Of a stretch of DNA of 47,248 nt, positions 1-9,429 are shown one piece after another (positions within the stretch are counted from its first letter, which is position 1; every line of letters begins with the position of its first letter). The translations under genes and the position numbers were made by a program. The notes below the pieces were generated by a model. That model did not search any database. It had not been told where the DNA came from and saw only the letters and a program-made list of their open reading frames with translations. The DNA is from Myxococcota bacterium. GTDB taxonomy: Bacteria > Myxococcota > UBA4151. Location: assembly GCA_036338695.1 (NCBI GenBank), contig JAYZBQ010000086.1, forward strand, positions 1 to 47,248, read 5' to 3'.

Positions 1-1
1 C

Positions 2-1252
2 GACTGCGACCCCGCCTGCGGCGGCGAGACCCCGCACTGCGTCGGCGGTCAATGCATGGCGTGTGTCACCGATGACCACTGCCCCGGCGAGGCGCGCTGC
101 GAGGCGAACCGCTGCGTTGGTCCGGCCGGCGTCTGTGAGCGCAATCAAGATTGTCCTGGCGAGACCCCGGTCTGTCAGCAGGGACGCTGCGTGGAGTGTG
201 GGACGGATCGACACTGTACCGGTGAGCAGACCTGCGTCGACAACCGCTGCCAGGGTGGCGCCTCGTCGGAGTGCGGATACGATGGCGATTGCGGCGTTGG
301 GCAGCGTTGCGTGGAGCGGCGTTGCGTTGATGATCCAGGCGGCTGCGGATCAGACCAAGACTGTCCCGAGGATCAGCGCTGCCGGAGTGGTCGCTGTGTC
401 ACCCAGCAAGGCGGCTGCGTCGCAGACGGTGACTGTGGCGCCAATCAGGCGTGTCAGAACGGGCAGTGCGTCCCGCGCGACCAACCGGGTCAGCGAAGCT
501 ACGGCGAGACGACGGCTGCTGCGTCCGAGTGCGCGAGCGGCTTTGCCGGGGTGTGGGACAATCAGGTGTTTTGTTCGATACCGTGCGGGCAGAGCCAGGA
601 TTGTCCGCTGGCGTCGATGTGTACGACCATGGTCGGCTCGGCTACGAGCTATTGCGTCCCGTCGACGCGCGCGGGTGGACCGTTGTCGGCGCCCGAGGGG
701 CAAGCCTGTCAAAGCCCGACCATGTGCCGCTCCGGCGTCTGCGCCAACACCCAGCAGGGCGCATTCTGTCAGCGCGATTGTACTCGTGACAACCACTGCG
801 GCAACGCCCAGTCGTGCATGGCGATGGCTCTAGACCAGAACGGGACCATCGCAAGACTCTGCGCCAACGCTCAGGGGCTCGCCCAGAACGGCTCAGCCTG
901 TGCTCCCGGTAACCACAGCTGCCGCTCCGGGATCTGCGACAACACCACGAACCAGTGTCAGCCCTTGTGCTGCAGCGCCGCAGATTGCGCGCCGGGCTTG
1001 GCGTGCAATCCGACGATCATCGACCAGCGCGGTCCGGTGATCGTGAAGGTCTGCGGCCGGGCGCCGGGCGCCGGCCGGCAGCCGGTCGGGGCAGCCTGTC
1101 AAGCGGACGCCGACTGCCTGTCGTCGAGCTGCCTCGATAACCGCTGCTCAGACACCTGTTGTACCGACGCCGACTGCGCCGGGCTGCGCTGCAAACCGCA
1201 CAACGTGGGCACCGAGCAGGCGCCGATTTTGGTCAATCTGTGTAAGCTCTAG
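2..1252 (+). CDS. Cys-rich repeat secreted/surface protein (5'-partial)
   Basis: Frame is open from position 2 (DCDPACGGETPHCVGGQCMAC...), so the gene starts before the window. Tandem CxxDxDCxxxxxCxxxxC units, then longer GxxCxxxxxCxSGxC units. Stop TAG at 1250-1252. Confidence 0.8.
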   Translation, partial: DCDPACGGETPHCVGGQCMACVTDDHCPGEARCEANRCVGPAGVCERNQDCPGETPVCQQGRCVECGTDRHCTGEQTCVDNRCQGGASSECGYDGDCGVGQRCVERRCVDDPGGCGSDQDCPEDQRCRSGRCVTQQGGCVADGDCGANQACQNGQCVPRDQPGQRSYGETTAAASECASGFAGVWDNQVFCSIPCGQSQDCPLASMCTTMVGSATSYCVPSTRAGGPLSAPEGQACQSPTMCRSGVCANTQQGAFCQRDCTRDNHCGNAQSCMAMALDQNGTIARLCANAQGLAQNGSACAPGNHSCRSGICDNTTNQCQPLCCSAADCAPGLACNPTIIDQRGPVIVKVCGRAPGAGRQPVGAACQADADCLSSSCLDNRCSDTCCTDADCAGLRCKPHNVGTEQAPILVNLCKL

Positions 1253-1716
1253 GTGCGGGTGAGGTCGGTCTTACCGCCCCGTTTTTCGAGCAATCCGATC
1301 TGCGTGATCGTAGCGCTGGGTTCGACCGCTTTGACCATGTCGTAGAGCGTCAGCAGCCCGACGCTGACGGCACAGAGCGCCTCCATCTCCACGCCCGTTT
1401 TTCCTTGGCAGCGGACGGTGGCGATCAACTCGACGCCCTCCTCTCGGCGTTCGAACGCAACGCGTACCTGCTGGATCATCAGCGGATGACACAGCGGGAC
1501 GAGGTCGGAGGTCCTTTTCGCCGCTTGGATCGCAGCGATGCGCGCAACCGACAGCGCCTCGCCTTTAGGGAGGTCGCCTCGATAGAGGCGCTCGAGCGTC
1601 TTTGGGGTCAGCTGGATGAGCCCGCGCGCCGTCGCCATGCGCTGCGAGACCGTTTTGTCCGAAATGTCGACCATCTGCGCCGACCCGTCGGCTGTGAGGT
1701 GTGTCAGGTCGCTCAC
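1249..1716 (-). CDS. moaC: Cyclic pyranopterin monophosphate synthase MoaC
   Basis: Motifs LTH...MVDISDK, AAKRTSDLVPLCHPL, GKTGVEMEAL, LYDMVKAV, KRGGK. GTG start overlaps the serS stop. Confidence 0.96.
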   Translation of the reverse strand: MSDLTHLTADGSAQMVDISDKTVSQRMATARGLIQLTPKTLERLYRGDLPKGEALSVARIAAIQAAKRTSDLVPLCHPLMIQQVRVAFERREEGVELIATVRCQGKTGVEMEALCAVSVGLLTLYDMVKAVEPSATITQIGLLEKRGGKTDLTRT

Positions 1717-2987
1717 GTGGGCTCGAGGACCTCAACCCCATTCATGTAGGGGCGTAAAACCTCTGGGATCACCACCGAGCCGTCCGCCTGCTGGTTGAGC
1801 TCAAGCAGCGGGATTAAGAAGCGTGGGCTTGCGATCGCCGTGTTGTTCAGCGTGTGCGTGAACAGGGGCTTCGCCTTCGCCTCGGGGCGGTAACGGATGC
1901 GGCTGCGGCGCGCCTGGAAGTCGTGCATGGTCGAGCAGCTGTGCGTCTCGCAGTAGGCTTGTCGGCTCGGCATCCAGCTCTCGATCTCGTGCTTGCGCGC
2001 CTGACCCATCCCTAACTCTTGGGTGCAGGCGAGCGCGACCCGGTAAGGGATACCGAGCGCTGTGAGGATCGTCTCCGAATTGTCGAGCAGCCGGTAGTGC
2101 TCAGCCTCGCTCGCCGCCTCGCTGGCTTCGATGATCGAGACCTGCTCCACCTTTTGGAACTGGTGCACGCGGTACAGCCCGCGCGTGTCACGGCCGTAGT
2201 TACCCGCTTCGCGCCGAAAGCAGGTGGTCATCCCTGCGTAGCGGATCGGCAGCTGCTCGGCGGCGAGCACCTCGTCACGGTGGATCGAGACCAGGCTCAC
2301 CTCCGACGTGCCGACGAGGTATAGGTCGTCGTTGGGCAGTTGATAGGTGTCTTCGAGGCCGTGGGGGAAGAAGCCCGTCCCGTACATGGCTCGGTCGTTG
2401 ACCAAGAGCGGAACCACCACGGGGCTCCAGCCACGTCCCATCAGGGTGTCCATGGCGAAGCGTGTAACGGCGTACTCAAGCAAGGCGCCGTGACCGGTCA
2501 GCAGATAGGCGCGCCCACCGGCAAACTTAGCTGCCCGGGTAAAGTCGGCCAGACCGAGCGTCTCACACAGCGCCACGTGATCTTGAGGCTCGAAGTCAAA
2601 GGTCGGCACCTCGCCGACACGCCGCACCTCCACGTTGTCTTCGTCGCTGCTTCCGTCCGGGATCCCGTCGACGGGTAACCCGGGCACCAGCAGCATCAGC
2701 TCGTCAAAGCGCGACTCGGTCTGTCGCTGCGTCTCTTCGAGCTCGGTGATCCGCTCTCTAAGCGCTCGCCCTTGGGCGATCGCCGCCGCTTTGTCCTCAC
2801 CTTCGAGGCGAGGGATGGAGCTGGCGACCTCTTTGCGCTCGGCGCGCAGGTCGTCCACCTGACCGGCGAGCTCACGCCGCCGCGCATCGACGCTGAGCAG
2901 CTCGTCGATGTCGACCGCAAACTTCTTGCGCGCCACCGCCGCTTTCACGCGCTCGGTTTCGTTACGGATGATCTGGATGTCCAGCAT
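1713..2987 (-). CDS. serS: Serine--tRNA ligase
   Basis: MLDI N-terminus with coiled coil; LVGTSEV, CFRREAG, GLYRVHQFQKVE, FQARR, HTLNNTAIASPR, NQQADGSV.IPEVLRPYM. Confidence 0.97.
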   Translation of the reverse strand: MLDIQIIRNETERVKAAVARKKFAVDIDELLSVDARRRELAGQVDDLRAERKEVASSIPRLEGEDKAAAIAQGRALRERITELEETQRQTESRFDELMLLVPGLPVDGIPDGSSDEDNVEVRRVGEVPTFDFEPQDHVALCETLGLADFTRAAKFAGGRAYLLTGHGALLEYAVTRFAMDTLMGRGWSPVVVPLLVNDRAMYGTGFFPHGLEDTYQLPNDDLYLVGTSEVSLVSIHRDEVLAAEQLPIRYAGMTTCFRREAGNYGRDTRGLYRVHQFQKVEQVSIIEASEAASEAEHYRLLDNSETILTALGIPYRVALACTQELGMGQARKHEIESWMPSRQAYCETHSCSTMHDFQARRSRIRYRPEAKAKPLFTHTLNNTAIASPRFLIPLLELNQQADGSVVIPEVLRPYMNGVEVLEPT

Positions 2988-2995
2988 GGGTCCCC

Positions 2996-3670
2996 CTAGA
3001 GCTCAGGCAGTTCAATGTCGTCCGGCAGCTGCATCTGCTCGAGACTGACCGCAAAACGCTCCTTGACCAGCGCATAAACGGCGGCGGCGTATTGCCGGAT
3101 CTCCCACTGAGAGTGGGCGTCGAGACGCAGGCTCAAGAAGTGCATGATGGCTTGCAACGAGCAGGTCCAATAGCACTCGGAGTAGGTCGCGACCGGGAGC
3201 ACCATCCGCGCCTGCTCTTTGCAGACACCTTGGGCGAGGAGCTCGTTGTAGGCGTCGAATTGTTGCTTGAGGGTGGCCTCATAAAGGGCCGTCGCCACGG
3301 CCTGGTCGGCGATCGAGCCCTTCGAGCCTTGCTTGTTGCTCTCATGCTGCTCACGCCAGTTCGCTGGCACGTAGAAGTCCGGCTCGAACACGACGTAACG
3401 ACCGGAGATCTCGTTCCACGCGCAGCCGACTTGGTGCTTCATCCACTGCCGAAGGACGAAAATAGGCGCCTTGAGGTGGAATTGGATGCTGGCGTGGCGA
3501 AAGGGGGAGGTGTGCATGTGGGTCCAGAGGTAGCGGATGAGCTTCGCATCACCGGGTGTCATCTCCTCTTTGCGTTTTCCAAAGCTGACGCGCGCCGCAT
3601 TGACCACGCTTAAGTCGCTGCCCATGACGTCGACGACGTCGATGAACCCCTTGTCCAAAACCTTGACCAT
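2996..3670 (-). CDS. thyX: Flavin-dependent thymidylate synthase ThyX
   Basis: MGSDLSVVNAARVSF, HTSPF, APIFVLRQW, NEISGRY, EQARMVLP, HFLSLR..HSQWEIR. GAGGAG RBS upstream. Confidence 0.94.
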   Translation of the reverse strand: MVKVLDKGFIDVVDVMGSDLSVVNAARVSFGKRKEEMTPGDAKLIRYLWTHMHTSPFRHASIQFHLKAPIFVLRQWMKHQVGCAWNEISGRYVVFEPDFYVPANWREQHESNKQGSKGSIADQAVATALYEATLKQQFDAYNELLAQGVCKEQARMVLPVATYSECYWTCSLQAIMHFLSLRLDAHSQWEIRQYAAAVYALVKERFAVSLEQMQLPDDIELPEL

Positions 3671-3747
3671 CGGCTTCTCCTCTTGAGCGGCGACTAACGG
3701 TATTTGTCTTTCATGTCATGTAGGGTATTTGACCGCCCGCAGGGAAC

Positions 3748-5340
3748 GTGACAGCGTCCCCCAACTCGACATCGCGAAGCGGTGCTCAAGAAAGGGTCAC
3801 TCATTTGTTGATTCAGGTCGCAGTATTGCTCGCCGCCATCGTGCCTGGCGCCACCAACAACCGCATTCTGGTCCTCGGCCCCAAGGCCAAGACAGCCGCC
3901 GAGGATGTTCGTCTCGCGGCGGTGGCCGCGCTGGCGACCAGCCTGGAGAAGCAGCGGCTCGTGAGCCGTCGCCTCCAGGATGGAAACCTGGTCGATCTGT
4001 CGGGTAAGAAGCTGCTGCGTGATCCCATCGGGATTCAGCTGCGTTCGTTGCTCAAGGCGGGCTGTGAAGGAGCGGTCTGCGGCGAGAGCTTGCGCCAAGC
4101 GTTCTCGGCGCTCGGTGGCGTCGCACGAGTGCGCATCAAGCCGCTCGGTGAGAAGGGCGGCGTGGTCACGGTCTGGATTCGTGGTCTGCGTGCGGACGGC
4201 GTGTTCGCCGAGCGCAGGGAGCGCTCCGCCGTCCTGCCCGTCCTGGACCTAGCGAGCGTCAGCAAGGTCGTCACGGAGCTCGGTCAGGGCTTGCACAAGT
4301 ACAAGCCGCGGGTCGACGGAGCGCCGTCGACGATGGTCGTTCCCGAGGTCGGCGAAGCCAAGAAAGCGGAGACGCCTAAGGGGTTGACCGGGCTGGCGCC
4401 GTGGAAGGTCGTCGCCGACGCCGACCGTAAGTCGATGCAAGCGGAGCTGGAGAAGCAGCAGGCGGCCGAGGCTGAGCGGGTCGCTAAGATCGAAGCCGAG
4501 AAGCAGGCGGCGCTCGAAAAGCTCCGTAAAGAAGAAGAGGCGAATGCTGCCGAGCTGGCGGCGAAGGCTGAGGCAGACGCCAAGAAGCGAAAAGCCGATG
4601 AGCAGAAACGTATTGATGCATGGCGCAAGGGTGGCCTCGCCGGCGAGGTGGGGCTGGGCTTCGGGCCGTCGCTCGTCGCCAGTCCGGACGGTAGCGTCGG
4701 GTCGGCGGGTAACGCCGTGGCGGTGCTGGCGCAGCTGCGCCTGCCGCTGGGAACCCCGGGTCTGCGCCTGGGGTTTGGCGTGAGCGGTGGGTCACTGCCA
4801 GCGCACACCGTCACGGGTGAGGACGGCGGGCAGGAGGCTTGGATTCGTCTGACGCACCTAGACGAAAACAGCACCGACCCCAACCGGGCGGATCAGCCCG
4901 GCGAGCAGTTCTGGTATAAGTATGAGTACATCCGCTTTATCCAGCTCGATGGGCGCTTTGACGTCCAGTTCGGTCAGGCGCCGGTCGGCGCCTTCGCCGC
5001 AGGCGGTATCGGCCTCAACCTGAGTCACGGCGAGGTCCACAACCTTCAGTTCGAAACCAACGAGCAGGGTGACGCCATCGCCGGGACCGGGACGCCTCGG
5101 CGTGACCCATCTGAGTCCTTCACCTGGCCTGCGCTGCAGTATGGCTTTGGCGCCGGTCTCTGGGTGCAGGCGCCGCGCGTGCCCGTGACGCTGACCCTCG
5201 GTTACAAGCGGTACATGGTGTCCCTAAGCGGGTTGCGCACGATGAGCCGCCCCGTCGGCGAAGGTCAGTCCGAAGATCGGGTGTTCAGCGCAACCATGGC
5301 GCGCGAGATTCTGGGCGCGGACATCACCTACCGGTTCTAG
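3748..5340 (+). CDS. Hypothetical outer-membrane protein (N-terminal domain, charged coiled-coil linker, C-terminal beta-barrel-like region)
   Basis: Hydrophobic N-terminal segment (true start probably near 3805), A/E/K-rich helical stretch, Gly/aromatic alternating strands, and C-terminal DITYRF. Confidence 0.6.
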   Translation: MTASPNSTSRSGAQERVTHLLIQVAVLLAAIVPGATNNRILVLGPKAKTAAEDVRLAAVAALATSLEKQRLVSRRLQDGNLVDLSGKKLLRDPIGIQLRSLLKAGCEGAVCGESLRQAFSALGGVARVRIKPLGEKGGVVTVWIRGLRADGVFAERRERSAVLPVLDLASVSKVVTELGQGLHKYKPRVDGAPSTMVVPEVGEAKKAETPKGLTGLAPWKVVADADRKSMQAELEKQQAAEAERVAKIEAEKQAALEKLRKEEEANAAELAAKAEADAKKRKADEQKRIDAWRKGGLAGEVGLGFGPSLVASPDGSVGSAGNAVAVLAQLRLPLGTPGLRLGFGVSGGSLPAHTVTGEDGGQEAWIRLTHLDENSTDPNRADQPGEQFWYKYEYIRFIQLDGRFDVQFGQAPVGAFAAGGIGLNLSHGEVHNLQFETNEQGDAIAGTGTPRRDPSESFTWPALQYGFGAGLWVQAPRVPVTLTLGYKRYMVSLSGLRTMSRPVGEGQSEDRVFSATMAREILGADITYRF

Positions 5341-5343
5341 CCG

Positions 5344-7701
5344 ATGCGCCGATGGTCGTTAGCGCTGTGTCTGCTGGGCGTGACCGCATGCCAGGCAGAC
5401 CCCGAGGCGCCGACCGACGCTGGGCTTCCAACTCTTGACGCAGGTCCCGCTGACGCAGGTCCTCCGCCACCTTTTGCGCTTAGGCTCGAAGCCGCACCGG
5501 CGAGCATTGAGGGGCGCCCGTGGCCTTCAGATCATTGGCGCGCCGAAGGGGCATGGCGCCTGCCGGTCGTCGAGGGCGATGAGGGGTTCTTCTATGTCAC
5601 GACCCATCAGATTACCCAGCGCCTCGACGGCTATGCGCTGCGGCCGGTGGCGCGATTTTGCTTTACTCAGGACCTGCCGCTGACCCCACCGCCCGACGGG
5701 CTGGTCCAGCTGGTCGATGGCGACGGGGTAGCGCAAGAGATCACTCAGCTAACCCTCGATCGGGAGCGCCGATGCTTGCAGTATGCGGCGGCGAGCCCTC
5801 TCATAGCGGGCGCAACGTATTATTCGCTTCTCAAGCAGGTTGAGGGGCCGTGGTCGGCCGTGCTGCTCGAGGGGGCGACACCCAGCGAGGAGCCGACCGC
5901 GCAGCGCTTGGCGTCGGACGCCTCGACGCTCGCCGCCGAGCCCTTTACCGTACAGACGGTCGGGCGAGCCATTGCGCAGCGGCGACGGGCGGTTCGTGAC
6001 GGTCGAGCTTGGTCACCCGAGGTCAGCTCCCTCGAGGTGCTCCGGCGCACGGCGATCGAGGACATCGCCGCAGGCAATCGGTTCGGGTTTGAGGCGGGGC
6101 GACGCGGCCTCTACCTGCGCCTGCATGTCGCCGACTTTCTCGCCGATGAAGAGGGGCAGCTGATCCTCGAGGACGCCGTGGTGCTGGACCGAAACCGTCT
6201 GAGCGAGACCAGCGCCGTGCTGGTGCGCGCACAGGAGACAGGGGCGCAGCGCTACGCAGCGATCAATCGAGATTGGAGCATCTCGACCGAGCTCGAGGCG
6301 CCCGCAGGGAGCGTCGTGCGCGTGTTTCAAGAGCTGTTTACGCCGGTCCAGAGCTTCGCCGAGCTCGACGGCGGGCTCGAGCCGAGCATCGATCAGGTGA
6401 TCCACGCGCGGGTCCGGCTCCCGGTCTGGCGCAATGAGCTGGGCTTGCTCGCCGAGTATGATGAGGACGTGGGGGCAAGTCAGGGGATGGAGTACGCCTC
6501 GGTGACCCTCTACCTGCCGGCGGGCGAACGCCCCGCTGACGGCTGGCCCCTCGTGCTTTTGGGGCCAGGATACGGTGGGCTTCAGCATGACCTGTGGTCG
6601 CTGGCCGATCAGGTCTGCGGCAGCGGGATGGCGGCGGTTGTCCTTGACGCCGTGGGTCACGGCGGCGGTCCGGCGACCTCGATTCAGCTCCCCCTAGAGA
6701 ACGCGCTGCCCGTTGAGGTGGCGTTCCCGGGGCGCGCCGTCGATGGCGACGCCGACGCCCGCTACGGTCTGCCGGAGGGGTTGCACGCTAGCTGGGCGGA
6801 GCCTGAATTCGCCGGGATGGTCGGGATGCAAGATGGTAACCGACAGACCGCCCTTGACTGGATGGCTCTGCTGACGGTCCTCCTCCCGGATCCGCCGGCT
6901 GGACGAGCTGGCGTGGACGTCGATCGAGACGGCCTCGCCGATTTTGACGCCCAGCGCGTCCACTTCGTGGGGCACAGCAACGGGGGACGCTATGGCATGA
7001 CGCTCGCAGCGCATGACGAGCGGCTCAAGCGCGTCGTGCTGCTCGCGCCGCCGGGGGACGGATACATCCCGTTCATCTCAAGCTACCGCCCGACCTGGTC
7101 TGAGCTCTTTGATACCTGGACGCCACCGCTGACGAACGCGCCGAGTAATCGGTATGGCTTGTTTGACGAGGGGATCTTGTGGCCCGGCGCCGGGCTCCTC
7201 GATGCGCCGCTTGCGTTTCATGGCGTCAATCGGTTCACGGCGCGCAAAGCCTGGCTCGGTGGTGACGCCGAGGGCGAGGGCGCCGCGGCGCTCTGGCGGC
7301 GGGCGCGTGCAGAGGGCGCGGCGCGCGCCGAGGTGATGGTTCAGCTGATCAAAGGTGACCCTGACGTCACCAACCCGGACTCGATGCGTTTGGTCGACGC
7401 AGCAGGCGATGAGCTGGTCTTGTCGGTCGTCGATCCCGACGCCTTGGGTTGGCGCGACTCGATGCGTTTTGCGGATCTCATATTTCGGCATCTGATCCCC
7501 GTTTACTCGGCGCGCGGGTCCACCCCGCCGAGTCTGATCGCCGGGCTCAGTCGAGCGCAGGTCGCCGCCTTTCTCTCGGGGCTCGACGAACTCGACCTCG
7601 ACGGCGACGAGCCCGCGCTGCGTCTGGACGCGCCGCGCGCCGAGCTGCGTCAGCTCTTGGGCTTTAGTTTTTGGGAGCTTAGGCGGCTGCTGCGCTTTTA
7701 G
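5344..7701 (+). CDS. Lipoprotein alpha/beta hydrolase (lipase/esterase-like)
   Basis: Lipobox VTAC, DAG-rich linker, GWPLVLLGPG and AVVLDAVGHG segments, nucleophile elbow GHSNG. Confidence 0.72.
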   Translation: MRRWSLALCLLGVTACQADPEAPTDAGLPTLDAGPADAGPPPPFALRLEAAPASIEGRPWPSDHWRAEGAWRLPVVEGDEGFFYVTTHQITQRLDGYALRPVARFCFTQDLPLTPPPDGLVQLVDGDGVAQEITQLTLDRERRCLQYAAASPLIAGATYYSLLKQVEGPWSAVLLEGATPSEEPTAQRLASDASTLAAEPFTVQTVGRAIAQRRRAVRDGRAWSPEVSSLEVLRRTAIEDIAAGNRFGFEAGRRGLYLRLHVADFLADEEGQLILEDAVVLDRNRLSETSAVLVRAQETGAQRYAAINRDWSISTELEAPAGSVVRVFQELFTPVQSFAELDGGLEPSIDQVIHARVRLPVWRNELGLLAEYDEDVGASQGMEYASVTLYLPAGERPADGWPLVLLGPGYGGLQHDLWSLADQVCGSGMAAVVLDAVGHGGGPATSIQLPLENALPVEVAFPGRAVDGDADARYGLPEGLHASWAEPEFAGMVGMQDGNRQTALDWMALLTVLLPDPPAGRAGVDVDRDGLADFDAQRVHFVGHSNGGRYGMTLAAHDERLKRVVLLAPPGDGYIPFISSYRPTWSELFDTWTPPLTNAPSNRYGLFDEGILWPGAGLLDAPLAFHGVNRFTARKAWLGGDAEGEGAAALWRRARAEGAARAEVMVQLIKGDPDVTNPDSMRLVDAAGDELVLSVVDPDALGWRDSMRFADLIFRHLIPVYSARGSTPPSLIAGLSRAQVAAFLSGLDELDLDGDEPALRLDAPRAELRQLLGFSFWELRRLLRF

Positions 7702-8324
7702 TAGGGCTCGGTGAGCAGCGGGCTGAGCCCCATGGCTTGTGCTTGCGCCTGGAGCGCCTCGATCATCGCAGGTGGACCGCAGATGTGCCCGGTCGGCGCT
7801 TGGCCATCGAGCAGCGACTCATCGAGGGTGATGGGGGCACCGATGATGCGCTGGACCTGAACGCCGCTGGCCTCGAGCGCAGCGAGCTCCTCGTCAAAGC
7901 CGCACTCGCGCTCGTGTCGATAGCCGTAGATCAGTCGAAGGGGCCGGGTCTCGCCTTGAGCGACGAGGTCTAAGACCATGGAGAGCATCGGCGCGATCCC
8001 TGTGCCCCCGCCGACAAAGAACAGCGAATCGCCGGTGGGTGAGGCGCGAAAGCGTCCATTTGGGCTCGACAGGTTCACCGCATCGTCGGCACGCAAACCG
8101 GCCATCGCTTGGTCCAGCGCCGACGAGCCGATGCGGACCAACAGGGTCACCTCCGGGAAGTCGGACGGGGCGGAGGCGATCGAGAAATAGTGGGCGCCTT
8201 CATAGCCAGGCAGCGACAGCTGAAGATACTGACCAGCTTGGTGCGGTTGTTCCCAGTCGGTCCGAATGACCAGCTTGACGAGGTCGGCGGCCAGCGCCGT
8301 GCGCTCAACGACAGAGGCGGTCAT
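7698..8324 (-). CDS. FAD/NAD(P)-binding oxidoreductase (ferredoxin-NADP reductase-like)
   Basis: AGQYL, YFSIASAP, GGGTGIAP, YGYR, ICGPPAM. ATG at 8324 overlaps the shikimate kinase stop (ATGA). Confidence 0.85.
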   Translation of the reverse strand: MTASVVERTALAADLVKLVIRTDWEQPHQAGQYLQLSLPGYEGAHYFSIASAPSDFPEVTLLVRIGSSALDQAMAGLRADDAVNLSSPNGRFRASPTGDSLFFVGGGTGIAPMLSMVLDLVAQGETRPLRLIYGYRHERECGFDEELAALEASGVQVQRIIGAPITLDESLLDGQAPTGHICGPPAMIEALQAQAQAMGLSPLLTEPY

Positions 8325-8824
8325 GATGAGGCTCCTAGATGGCGAAGACACTGTGACAGGAGGTCAGCGGCCGGACCGCTCGCATCGAGGCTGATCGACG
8401 CGCAGGCTGCATAAAGGGGTCTTCGGCGCTGGTCCAGCCGCTCAAGCTCGGCGCGTAAGGACAGCTCAGGGTGCAGGCGCGGCCGGCTCGGGTCGTTCGT
8501 CAAACGCATTAGCTGCGTCTCCACGTCGACGTCGAGCCAGATGACCGCCGCCTGAGTGCGCTGGAGCATAAGCTGGTTCTCGGCCGCTTCCACGGCGCCC
8601 GCCCCGGTCGCAATCACGACATCGTGACGCGCGAGCGCATCTGCCAGGTGCTCTTGCTCAAGCGCACGAAAGGCTGACCAGCCCTGCTCAGCGACCAGCG
8701 CCTTGATCGGTTGCTTCGTCGCCGCGACGATCCCGCCGTCGAGGTCATGACACGACCACCCGAGCGCGCGTGCTAGGTTGGGCGCAAGCGTCGACTTGCC
8801 CGCAGCGCGCGGCCCGATCAGCAC
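8321..8824 (-). CDS. aroK: Shikimate kinase
   Basis: P-loop GPRAAGKST, DLD, GWSAFRALE, VIATGAG, RPRL, RRPLY. Start codon uncertain. Confidence 0.85.
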   Translation of the reverse strand: MLIGPRAAGKSTLAPNLARALGWSCHDLDGGIVAATKQPIKALVAEQGWSAFRALEQEHLADALARHDVVIATGAGAVEAAENQLMLQRTQAAVIWLDVDVETQLMRLTNDPSRPRLHPELSLRAELERLDQRRRPLYAACASISLDASGPAADLLSQCLRHLGASS

Positions 8825-8837
8825 ACAGGACAGGCTG

Positions 8838-9305
8838 CTATTCCTCGCTCGGGAGGATGTACGGCGCGCCCTCGATCAGCTTCTTGAGGAGGTCTTCGTC
8901 GAGCTGGTCGATCGAGATCTCGGGGGAGAAGTGGACCTCAAAGGCGTCGACCTCGACTTCACCCTCATCTTCGACGGGGACCAGCGCGCCGGACTCGTCG
9001 GTGCTGCCATCGTACACTTCGATACCGACCTGGCAGTCCAACCCTTCCGGTAAGCCCAGCGCCGTTGCGGCGAGCTCAAGGACCATCGCTTCGTCGACGG
9101 TCTCTGCGTCGCCAAAGCAGTCTGCGTAGAGGACCACACGGGCGAGCAGGTACGCTTTGTCATCGTCTTCATCACCGACGACGCCGAGCCCAAGCGAGAG
9201 CTCTTGACCGTCTTCGACAAGATCGAGGTAGTTCTCGCCGTCGATCCATTGGCGACCGGCGGGTGTCAGGGCGGAGAGTTGTTCTTTCGCGGCTGCAAAG
9301 CTCAT
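8838..9305 (-). CDS. Highly acidic hypothetical protein
   Basis: ATG at 9305 with GGAG RBS. About 39 Asp/Glu versus 6 Lys/Arg in 155 aa. Confidence 0.7.
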   Translation of the reverse strand: MSFAAAKEQLSALTPAGRQWIDGENYLDLVEDGQELSLGLGVVGDEDDDKAYLLARVVLYADCFGDAETVDEAMVLELAATALGLPEGLDCQVGIEVYDGSTDESGALVPVEDEGEVEVDAFEVHFSPEISIDQLDEDLLKKLIEGAPYILPSEE

Positions 9306-9429
9306 GGTGTGCTCCAAGTCTGTGAGCCGCCGCTACAGGGGCTGGCGCCGCCTGACAAGCGCAACTCGTTGCCGCTCGATCACCATGCCTTTGGCGCCTA
9401 GGTGAGCCGCCTTGTTGTAAAGGGGGCGA

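Noticed and set aside
3699..3731. Direct repeat GGTATTTG (two copies) upstream of thyX as an NrdR-type site
   Set aside because: It does not match the palindromic NrdR box and is too short to support.
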